Assembly: GCA_964106915.2 (NCBI GenBank) | Contig: OZ066914.1 | Reading direction: 5' to 3' (one strand) | DNA from: Podarcis gaigeae | Lineage: Eukaryota | Length of the DNA stretch: 64,000 nucleotides | Shown: piece after piece, positions 37,710 to 49,600 of the stretch | Numbering within the stretch: position 1 is the first letter of the stretch | Layout of the letters: each line of letters opens with the position of its first letter | Translations under genes and position numbers: made by a program | The notes under the pieces: generated by a model | What the model saw: only the letters and a program-made list of their open reading frames with translations | Told to the model about the DNA's origin: nothing | The model's database searches: none

Positions 37710-39885
37710 AGACACTGTTCTTTAATATTATGCTTCTGTGATTTTGTTTTGTATGTTTCTTACAAGCTTGCACCCTGTAATTCACAATAACTTGTTTAGT
37801 ATACAGGTGTCATATTTTCTTCATTTTAACGAAAACCCCTTCTTTCAAGACACTGCAATTCTACAGCACCCATTTTGGGAGAAAGGCTATGATAAAAGGT
37901 TCACAACTGGTGCAGAAAATCTTGCTAAACGATATTCTTACAGTTCTTTTTCCTGTCGGCTATAGAATAGAAAAGTGCTGCCACATATTTTGTTCTCTAG
38001 TATTCTACAGAGTTCTTTTTTATTATTATTCTCATGTGTCACTAGGATAGGAGTGATCTGGTATGGAAAACAAAAAGAGAAGTTAATTAAATTGCAAGGA
38101 AACATAATTATTAAAACATTTTATGTTAATCTACAATAATGTAACGGATTCCTTTTTAATTAAAATTTTGAAATACACTAGATTACATCATTTAAATAAT
38201 CACAAACTAGAAGAGGTAATTGAGCCTTGTTAACAGAAGCATATTTCAGAACGATTTCTGATGTTAAGACATTCCTTAGATTTCTACAATGGGTTTTTAA
38301 CCATTTACAAACAAATCCAGTGATCCGTAGAGGGAGAGAGTATTGCTTATCCACAGGATTATACAGGTATTCTGGAATGTTTGTGAGTGAACTCTGAATA
38401 TATTTCGGCTTCCTTTTCCTTTTATGTGTTACATGCATTCAGTGCAAAGTAAAACTCGGTAAACTGGTTCCTACATGGGCATGAGGGTAGAAGAAGAAAA
38501 CTGATAAGCTAACAAAAGATGGATGAATTAAATGTTTCCTGGGAGAGCAAGCTGAAATGAGGCTAATTATACTGTCTAAACATTCTCCTTTATTGTGTTA
38601 ATACTGCTCTAAATTTGACTGGATGTTGCCTAATGCTGTTATAATATATGCACAATGAAACCAGTCTATCATATATGGTCAAAATTCCTTTTTTCCAGCA
38701 CAATCATGCAGTGTCAGACATCTCACACTCCTATCTGATCCCCACATTATTAACAATATTAGCTCAATATTTTCTCTCTAGAGACCTGCTCCTCATAATC
38801 TGGTGCCAGTAACCCCTAATTACCATAGAGGAAGACATCCCAAGTAGGCCACAAATCTGAAGGGCCTGCCCTGCCCCCCTTGAGCAAGTCTTCACAGGGT
38901 AAAGCCTATTTGCCCTCAGACAGACAACACACATTTTGTTGTCTTCACTGTTATACCTATTTACAAAATGTGCAAAAGATTCCCATTACCCAGAATCTAG
39001 ATCTCACTCCTCTTACCACTTAAGAGCCTCCTCTTATTTCTCCTTAGGCCAAATTGTGCTGAAGTGATTATTTTGGCTAGCCAGATTAACACCTTATGTT
39101 CCTACAGCTCATGCTTAACTTTCACCCCACACTTAACAGGCAGTCTTCCAACTAACAACACTCTTCCTTTTCGCTACCAGCTCAGTCAGTTACACTAAGC
39201 AGAGGGTCAACCACCAACCTCTCAAGATGACAGCCTCTTTTTGACAGTTCTTGTTCAATGGGGCCCTCACTTTATCACCTCATCAGGCAATGCCTCTCAA
39301 AATGGGGAATGTGGCCTCCAGAAGGGTTTGTGGGACACCTACAAGAGAGGGGGTAGCATTTTGTAAGTCTTATTGATAAGTAGGTCTATAAAGAGGCTCA
39401 AGATTTCCCACAATCTGAGTGTCTACCTCATGGATTTGCTGACAGGGAAGGGTGGAATGGTCAGTCACAGACTGCTGTGGGTTACCTGAAGCTAGAGACC
39501 ATGGGCTGTGGAGCAGCTGAGGAGTAGGGGAGCAACTGTGTGTGTAGGAACCACGCAGTTGGGAGCAAAGCAGACATAAAGGTTGTAGGAGCCAGGTAGC
39601 TACACCCAATGAGGTTTCTAAGTTGGGTTGTATGGAAGATCTAACAAGCTTAAAAACAGGGCACATATTTTCCTTCAATTTGAGAAACACTCATTTAAGT
39701 GGTACTCGTCACAAATGAATTCTCAGTAGAAAACGACATCGTTACGGATAGCTTCAATGCTAATTGGCCAGATGAAGTTCATCCTTGGTGCAATTTTTGT
39801 TGAAAAGGAGATCTTCAACCCAAAGCAGGTTGTGAGGAAATTTCTGAGCTTACTTAGCCAAGTCATTTCGCAGTCAGCGATCCTT

Positions 39886-40681
39886 TCATGACCTATTGTG
39901 CGATGCGCTTATCATGATGTTGGGCAAGGCGTTGCGCCGCTTCTTCCAGGAGCCCAGCTCCCGAGAGTACCTCCGTATCTGCCTGAACCAGTGGTGAGTC
40001 CGTGCCTTGTCTCCATCTCGGAAGACAAAAGACTCCCGCCTGATCTCAAGGAGTTCAAACGTGTCGTCGCAGTCGGGATCCACAGAGACCACACAGTTGC
40101 TGAGTCTCAAGGGCTCCCTGAGCAAGCTGAACTTCCCATTGTTTTTGTCCCTAATCAGTACCAGTACTGCATCTTTCACAGGTCCTGGCTCTCCGGGTTC
40201 AAAGCTAGACTCAGAGGTGCGTCTGATGTTGACCATGAGGAGCACTTGCATGTTCTGGAATTTTAAGGTCTTGCTGCCCTTTTTGACCCACTGTCCATCA
40301 GGAGGCTGGGCCAGCTGCAAGGACCCTTCCATCACAAAGCGGGTTTCTTCCCGCAGCCAGCCCACAGTCTTGATAGCGGTTTCCCTCATTTCAATGTTAA
40401 TGACCTCCCTGTTCTTCTTGCTGTCTTGGCGGAAGGAACGCAAAGTCCACGAGTTCCCTTCCTGCTTGGTCTTCATGTTTATGTGCTCCAGGTGGGACTC
40501 AATGCGGCTTTTGGCCTCCCTCAGGCTGCTGTGATCTGGGTGGTACTCAGTGGTGGCTTTGATGATGCGGCTCAGCAGAAGTGGGTACTTGGTGACTCTC
40601 TGCAGTGGAGCCATGAGGAAGGACCGCAGATTCATGCGGCGAAGAGCTGTGTTGTCGTTCTGGGAGACATTGAGGAAAATC
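39886..40681 (-). CDS. RhoGEF last coding exon (end of DH, PH domain, C-terminal tail)
   Basis: ccctgtag|G IFLNVSQNDNTALRRMNLRSFLMAPLQRVTKYPLLL...RRNALPNIMISASHNRS TGA. Confidence 0.95.
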
Positions 40682-43600
40682 CTACAGGGAGGTAAAAAAA
40701 TAACGTATTTTGTAAACAGGTACAGGAAAACAGAAAAGCTTACACCGAGGGTCTTGTTCTTACATACACATGAGGCATTGTTATCTTTAATTAATTAACA
40801 TTTACAAAGTAATTATGACTTAAGATCCCATATATATACTGCTTTCCTGCAAAACCATTTACTTGATTTGCTAGACTCAGGAACATTTTTTATTTTTTCC
40901 CCGTTCTCAGGCTTTGTTTAATGCATCACTAAGGTAAGGTTCAATAGACTTGCTGTTGATATCTTAGCTGTTAAATATTACTCAATTTATGCAAATGTAG
41001 ACACAGGGCAGTATCTAGCATATTAGTTGCAATAGTGCAGGGAATTTTTCACCCTCTCCTTGTCCTATGTGTCCTCTGTGCACCCCCTATATCTGTTCTG
41101 AGGGTTCCCCCAGCCCTCTAAAACGGATTTGGGGAGGAGGTTGGAGGTGCAGGGAGCACTCAGACACTGTACTGGGAATGTCACAGGTGGATGGGCACGG
41201 CCTTTCTATCGTTCTGATAAAGCCCCAGTTGGTGATGTGCCTTTATTGGTAAACTCCTCAGCTCTAGTTGATGCCATGTATCCCGGTGTAAGTGTCTGGT
41301 CATTGGTGAACCCCCTCTCCCCAAAGCATACTTGCTTCAAAGTATGGGCTCATAGACAAACTTTTGCATATCTGAATTAATATGTACAGATGCAAATTCA
41401 GAATTTTAATATTACAGACGATAAGCCCATCGGACACCCCAAATATGTTCAATTATCTTGCACCACATTCCAGATCTGTCCCCTCTTCAATTAATTTACT
41501 CTCGTTTTCCCAACAGATCCTTCTCCAAATCCATTTAATCCCCTTACAATTGCCCCCATTCATTATTATCTCTAGGTACGATCATTTCAAATTCATTTAT
41601 TTCCACAAATTTATATCTTACTAACCCAGATCACACACCCCTCCGACACACCCCCAGTTAATCTCTTGAATACATTACCTACCCAGAAACGCTCAGTACA
41701 TTTAGGAAAAGAAACGGGGTCTGTGCCCCAAGGCATATACTCCCTACCAGGCCTGTGCAAGGGGGCGGGGACAGCTGGGTACACTTGCCCTGGGCCTTGG
41801 AGGGCTAGGGTGACTGGGGGGGCTCCACCAGGGGCCTGCAGGACTTACGGTGTCATGTCAAGAACAAGACTTCCATGCTGGGCTTCATACAAGCTCTGAA
41901 TGGTCCTGCTACCAACCCAAGATTAAGAGGTCTCCTCACCTGAGTAACTCCTTCTCTTTTTCCAGTGCATTGAGCATGTTCACTGAAGATGACTGCTGGA
42001 GGCAGTACGTCTGGAAGGCAGGCAGCATATTGACAAATTCCAGGAATATCTCACCGATGCACACAGTCATGAGGTCATCATCGCCCTGCCGACACACAAC
42101 ACACAAGGCAATGCATCAGCCAGAGACGTGGAGGTACTAGAGGCCATTAAAAGCCACCGGCCTAATATTCAGTTGTGGCGAATGTGCTGGAGTGGAGCTG
42201 GTGACATTGGTGTCTCCGCAGTTTACGGAGCTGAGGTGGGGCAGGGCAGCAGCAAAGGCAGGGCTGTGTGGACATACCAGCAGGAGGAACAGATTGGTGT
42301 CCACACAGCCCTGACCGCATCACCGCCCTGCCCCGTCCCAGCCCTGTCCAGGTAACATGCAGCCCAGACCTACCACCTGGACTGCAACTGCTAATATAAT
42401 TGAAAGCTGATCTTGGACTACACGTTAGCAACACACCTCATGATAGCTGAAACAACAGTGAGTTTCTTTTGGCCATGAACTACAGCTTGAATGCATTCTG
42501 AATAATTAAGCTCTTTCCGCACTGAAAACAAGGAAAGGTGCTACACGTTTTTTCCTTGAACTGCAATCTATTCTCCAAACAGTGGCCCAAGCCCAGTCAC
42601 TAGGAATCACAAGAGAGGAAAATGCTGTTATACTCAGCTTCTGTTTGTGAGCTTCCCATAGGCATCTCATTGGCCACTGTGAGGACAAGATGGTAGGTGA
42701 GATGGGCCTTTGGCCTGATCTAGTGGGGATCTTCTTATGGTTTTCTACTGACTCTGGTAGAACATTAAAAGTGTATGCAAACACAATGCAAAAGTGATTA
42801 ATCTCAGCTTGACAACCATGTTGTTATTCCCTTCCATGTCTTTTAATGATTTACTCTACTGATGTATATTTTTAGAATCTGTTACATTTTGATTCCTAAT
42901 TAAAAAAAGATAAAAGTATTTCACAAAAGACTATTGCAAGACCATTCCCCTTTTTTTGCCAGCATGAGGTGCTGTAGCACAGAGGTTCAATTATGACAGA
43001 GAGTACTACACTATTGCTGAAACAAAAACAAACATTCATAATTAAGGAAACATGCCACCCAACTTAAATGGTTTGCTGAAATCCATTAGCAGACAGCATC
43101 CTTGCAAGTTAAACTGATTTCAGTTGAATTCCATGGATTAAATCTGCACTTTTGAGGTTTTGAAACTGGAGACTGTACCACCCTATTCCCCCCAAAAATT
43201 TCAACCCCATATATGTCAAAATAGAACGCTCAACATCTGAACCCTTTAAACTTACTGCATTAAAATGTGCATGCACACAGATTCCCACGAAGTATTGCAA
43301 TGCAAATTTTGCATATATGATTTTGAGTTCTAAATTAATTTTTAAAATTGTGACTGGCAGAGCTGGAAATGGCTCACAGGATCTCTTTTACGCCTTTGGT
43401 CTTATCCCCCAACTCCTCTATTATCCTTGATTTCCCTCCTTGGCTCCCCAGCATCTTAAAAAGTTCAACTACATCTCTGACGCAGTGGATAGCATTATCA
43501 CATTTCCCCATTTTGGATGATTATATCTTGGCTTTCAAAGACACAAACCTTTTGCCCACTTGCACCACCAGCATGCAGTCCCTGGAAGGTCAGCTATGAG

Positions 43601-46600
43601 GAAATACAACACTTGAACTGAAAAAGGTTCCTTGACCCTCGTCCAAACTGGCTGGGAGTGACCCCCAAGGGTTTCACACAAGACCCTTTTCCAACCCTAC
43701 CTGGGAGATGCCAGAGATCAAACCTTGAACCTTTGTATATAAAACATGACCTCCGAGGACCAAGAAGAATCCCTGTCCTGCCTACTTGTCCATATACCCA
43801 GTACTGTCTTCTCTGATGGCCCTCTAAGGCAGAGGGTCTTCACTGCATCTGCTACATGATCCTTCCCCTTCCCTCCCTTTTAAAAATGGCTAAGTCAGAG
43901 ACTGAACCTGGAACTTTCTGCATGAAAAGCATGTGTTGTCCTGCTGAGCTCTGGCCCTTCCCCAAGGCGATTATCCGGCCTTCAAATAATACTCTCTCCT
44001 GCATTTGACTTGCAAAGTTCAGCAACAGGGCGCAGAGCCGTGTGCCGTACACAGGGTGCTAGTCTGTAATAATGAACCATCAAGAACTGCTGTTCCAGCA
44101 AATTATAAGTAACCTTGAGTACGTTCAAGAAAGAGAGCCAGTTTGGAGCGTGGCTCAAATAACACTTAAAGGATTTAACTAGCCTTGCGTCTGTTCTTGG
44201 CCACCGGCAATTGTTGGCAGGCAAAGCCGCTTTTAATTGCTCTCCTGTGGGCAAGATGGGCTTCTTTGAATGCTGCTGTAAAAATTAATTTCATGGTAAA
44301 AGGGTGTTTTGTTTCTTTCAGAGCCCTTAATAAAGCACAGGGCATAATATAAATACACAGCGGCGTGTAAAAGCCATTCGCTTTGCTGAGGTGCTAGCGC
44401 AACCGTCTGCCTGCCGGCATTGTTTTCCTTCAGCCAATGGAAATGCGGCAATATTTGGAACTGATGGTAGGCTTCGCTGCACAGCAAATTGAAAATGCTA
44501 AAGGGGCAATTCCACATGTCATAAAGCTAGCCCCAGACTGGTCTGTTCAGGAGCACATGGGGCCTTCCCCAGCCTGGTGCCTGCCAGATGTTTTGGACTA
44601 CAACTCCCATCACCCCTTACCATTGGACATGCTGGCTGGGGCTGATGGGAGCTGTAGTCTAACAACACCTAGAGGGCACCAGGCTGGGGGAGGTTGGCAT
44701 AGGGATTCATGCATTGCAGGGGGCTTTCTTAGGTGATTCTCTGATTCTACAAGGCACAAAGGATTTTTGAGATGCTTATTCACCAAGTGGTCTTGAATTG
44801 ACGTATCTTGTTGACAATCACAAAGAAACACAGGCGACCTACGGTAGACTGGGAGCATCCAATCAGAGCTAGAGGCAGATGTTTACTCACACAATTGAAA
44901 TGACAAAAAATAAACAAAAAGTTGGTACCCTTTGGAACAAGAGCACAGGGAAGCTGCCTTATACCAAACCAGATCAACTAGCTCAATACTGTCTTCTTTG
45001 ACTGGTAGCATCTTTCCCAGCCCTACCTGGAGATGGTGGGGACTGAATATGGCACCTCCTACACGCAATGCAGATGCTCTTACACTCAGCAATGGCCCCT
45101 TCCCCCTTTCAGCAGCTAAAATGAGGCAAACAGAGGCATACCCATTCTCAATTCCCTTACCTGCTCATTAGGCATTGTGCCTTTCTAATGAGTGGCACAA
45201 CCTTTGAGTGCCATAGTAACAAAGCTGCAGTGGCAAAAGTAGCTCATTATAACTGCACAGGGAAACGGAGAAGAAATCTGAGACCACACACTACCTGCTC
45301 AAAGGCCTGCTCAATCTCTTCCTGAAGGTACTCCAGGAAGTTTTCGTTGAGGTCAATGAGCTCTTGTATGTTGCCGAAAACCACCAGCAGCTGGTCCTGT
45401 GTTAGCAGGCCAGCAGCTTGCATGGGGAGGTAGAACTCTTCCTTGATGATGCGCAGGTCCTCCCCGTAGCTGGTTTCAGTGTTGACAAACTCCAGCACCG
45501 ACTCCTTCCGCTCTGTCCGGCACTTCAGGCACTTCTCGCAGAGGACGGCCCGCCTCTTGTTCTGGTTCTGGACATCCGTCTCCAGCGGGAAGTGTCTCCC
45601 CCCACAGTCGGTGCAAGGCTGGTGGGCCTCCCACGCCTGCAGAGATGCCAGCGTCTCCGACGCCTTGCTCCTCCACTTCCTACTCAGCACTTGGCTGATG
45701 CCGCTGTCCGCCCGCTCCATCTCAGCCGACCTCATCCTTGGCACCCCTCCACTGCTGGCATCGGCACTGTCCCTCTCCTCACTCCCGCCCACAATGCCGC
45801 TGTCGGCGCTGAGACTGCTGACGTTGCTCCAGCGGTGTTTGGAACGAAAGGAGCCGCCCAGAATGCCGTGGTTCTCATCAACGTTGCTGCTGTAGTTGAG
45901 GTTGGCTTTCGTCAGCACTGGGCCTGAGCGGGGAGGAAAATAAAATAAATCTATTTGTAGAACCTTCCCATTGTTTTGTTCCTCAGCCCTGTTCACCCAA
46001 CAGTAAAAAACTTGTCCTGTTTTGTTTTGTTTTTCTCCTTGTGACCAGGAAGGATTCTGCAAAGTACCTGAATACAGAGACAGGGAGAATCTAGTTCTTA
46101 ATGATATGTTGCTACATTCTGGCATTTTCATACATACATAAAGATTTTCTTTTTCTTCATGCTAAGAAAAGCTTGACCTGATCGCTAAGCATGCTCTTAA
46201 AGGTACAGTAGCAGGTCATTAAAAAAAAAAAAGACAGAAACCCTCCTTGTATTGTACTGGTTAAATTGTCCATCTAGCCTAATGTTACCTCAAAGCCTTG
46301 GTCAAGGTTTCCTTAGCCTTGCCTGCTGAGATCCTTTAAATAGACCTAGACAACTTTTGACCCACCAATATATCCCACTGGCTACATTGCTTGCTGGGTG
46401 CTTCTATATATTTGCAGCCCCCCAAAAGTAGAGGTTTATCAAACTCCTGGTGGGCCACAATGCACAACAGTGTTTAGTCTCATGGGCCACATGCTAGCAG
46501 GTGTACTTGACAGTATGCAAAGAACATATTCCACTTCTGAGTTACATTTCTCTCTTTAATTCAACAGCTAGGGAAGGACGCTCTCATTTGGAATTTGGCT

Positions 46601-49600
46601 CAGGTGTGTTGGAAGAAACAAGCCTGTCCTAATGAACTATGCAAACAACAAGCGGAAGCCACATATTGATGGCTCCATCTGCTCAGTATACTTGCAGAAC
46701 AATTGTTCCAGGTTCTACTCACCTTTTGCTATATCATGCATGAAGTCAAAGAAAGCACTAGATTGAAGCTTAGCTCATGACACTGCCTTACCTTTGCACA
46801 CCCCCTTTCCTGCATTTGCCAGGAGCCAGTTTGGTCCTGTATGGGCCAAATCCAGGCTATTGGCTGTTGCTATGAATTGTACAGACAGAGAGTACACTGG
46901 AGGAGGAGCTGCTACTGTATTCCCTCTCCTCTGGAGGGACCCTGGAATAAGAGGCTACAGCCGGCTGCAAACATAATCCACGGCTGTTGAGTGCGAGATG
47001 TTTGGAGGCTATCTCTCTGAATGATGACTGCTAACCTAATGTCAAAACACACCCAGAACTATGAGCGACATGGACAGACCCTGCAAATCACACACAAAGC
47101 AAAAGGCAAGGGGAGCATACTGGAGTCTCTCTCTTGCCGGCGCTTCTGGGCATGCTGCCGTGCTGCTGCAGCGATCTTCAGCTCCAGTTGTTTCCTCTTC
47201 ACAGCATCTGTTGGCATCGGATCACTGAAATGAGGCCGCAGCCGACACTCCCGTTGAGCTTTGGTGCAGTCCGAAGTTTCGTAGGAGATGTCAGAACTTG
47301 ATCGGCGGCAGTTGGGGCTGGAGCTCTGAAAGGAAAGCAAGGGGTGGTTATGGGGAGAAGTTTCTACTAAACAATATATGAGATATTTAAATAAGGTAAA
47401 GGTAAAGGGACCCCTGACCATTAGGTCCAGTCGTGACCGACTCTGGGGTGGTGGTGCTCATCTTGCTTTATTGGCCGAGGGAGCTGGCGTACCGCTTCCG
47501 GGTCATGTGGCCAGCATGACTAAGCTGCTTCTGGAGAACCAGAGCAGCGCACGGAAACACCGTTTACCTTCCCACCGGAGCGGTACCTATTTATCTACTT
47601 GCACTTTGATGTGCTTTCGAACTACTAGGTTGGCAGGAGCAGGGACCAAGCAAGAAGAGCTCACTCCGTTGTAGGGATTCGAACTGCCAACCTTCTGAAT
47701 GGCAAGTCCTAAGCTCTGTGGTTTAACCCCCAGTGCCACCCGCATCCCTTGAAGATACTTAAATATACATGGCCAAATCCGACACCCAGCACCCACTACC
47801 TCTAAAACCGTTGTTTCTCCTCATATCTTTCTGGCGGGGCAACACCCTCACTCAAGAAAGGAAGCAAAATATGAGCTGTTGGTGTTACATTAAACACATG
47901 TTCATGAAATCTGTGTGCAGCTGTTTAAATGTGCACATAGTTTAATATTGGGGGGGGTGTCAGCAAGCAACATGTATTTTATCGGGCTGTATGGGAGAGT
48001 TGGCAGGACGGGCAACCATATGTGAATAGTATATCGCAGCAGCAGCTTTACTCCAGTTAAGATGGCAACAGCTCTCTTTCCCCAGCCACCACTGTTTGCA
48101 ATCCAAACCCAATGATTTGGATTTGTAAGTGCTTGACTGAGGATGAAACGGGCATTCCTCCCCATGCCTTTCCTTACACGCTTTCTGAAGGCTGGAACTT
48201 TATGTCTGTACTACATATTTAAACCACTTTCCAACTGGTTTCATTGTTATGGGTCATGACCAAGCGATCAAGAAACACTTTTCTGTGAAGAAACTACACA
48301 GATTACTCTGAGCACCCTCACACAGCTGTTGTTCACCCAAAGCTCCAGTTGGGTGAAGCTAGGATAAGAAAACAACTCTCAAACCAATTTTGGGCCTGAT
48401 CCAGCTAACATTATGTGAACAGGTCCTATTGAAAGCAATGGAGAAAGTTAATCACCAGTTCCATTGCTTTCAACAGTACTTTGGGCCACTCCAGATATCC
48501 TTATTGCACACAGGTGATGATTCATATTCATGCTGGTATCGGGGCGGTTATCCACAATCCCACTTTCAGTTGTTTGCACGTGTCATCGTTCTGAGGTGAA
48601 CATACTTTTCAATTGGTGCATGTCCTGTAGCTTCCTGTTGCCTGTAGCTTCCTGTTGAAACCCTGTAACTTTTCATATCTCAAATGTCTCAGGTTTTTTG
48701 TTTTGTCCTGCATTTGTTTTGCTACAGAGCAAGATTATTCCTCCAGACAGGAAATATGCAGTAACACTGGGGAAACATTTGCAGAACAACTGATAAAGCA
48801 GAATAATCATAGCTGTCAACTTTTCCCTTTTCTTGCGAGGAATCCTATTCGGAATAAGGGCATTTCCCTTTAAAAAAAGGAAACGTTGACAGCTATGAGA
48901 ATAATGTGTGGACAGTCCAGCGTCAATCCAACACGATTGCTCTATTACTGCATGAATGACACGCTATGGAATACACCTCCAAAATGCACCAGTCTGGAGG
49001 GGCCCTTAGTCACATGTAACTTTAGCTGGATTTGCACAGTAGTGTTGATGTGCCTTAGGTATCTTCATTCATTAGCTTGTTCCTTGCAGCCACCCAGAAG
49101 CAGGAAGGGTGAGATGGGGTGTGGGAAAACAGGAAAGAGAGAGAGGGGAGAGAGGTAGAAGAAGGGAGGGAGGAAAAGGCATGGAGAGGAGAGCCAGAAG
49201 AGTATTAGTGACAGGGGTGCAGAATAGCTGAGAGCTGTCATAGCAAGTAAAGTTACAGCTCCCTGACCCAACACTTCTGAGACCCCTTTCTGCCCCAGAC
49301 CACGCAACTCACGGTGGGTTGATGCGAGTCCTCCACAAAAGTGAGGTCATCCTTCTTAAGTTCACAGAATCCTTTGGAGGGGGGCTCAGGGGTAGCTTCG
49401 CCACTGCAGCTGTGAAAAAAGGGACACCACCCCAATTAATGTCCTGCACAAACAGCAGTCCAGAGCCAACTCCAAGGGTTGGGAGGAAAATGCATCTTTA
49501 AAGCTACAGTGTATTATTCTACAGGTCTTCTACCTTGTGAAGTCAAAAGCACCTCATATCGTCTTTCTCTTACATACACCATTCCATAAATGTACTTCTA

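Noticed and set aside
39785-39799. ttggtgcaatttttg matches the Sm-site end of U4atac snRNA as I recall it, tempting because RNU4ATAC lies in a CLASP1 intron
   Set aside because: Upstream sequence shows no U4atac similarity and it lies in the RhoGEF 3' UTR; a chance 15-mer. The real gene would be beyond the left edge of the window.
39898-40798. Plus-strand ORFs of up to 175 aa (also 45418-45927)
   Set aside because: Antisense shadows of GC-rich RhoGEF coding exons.
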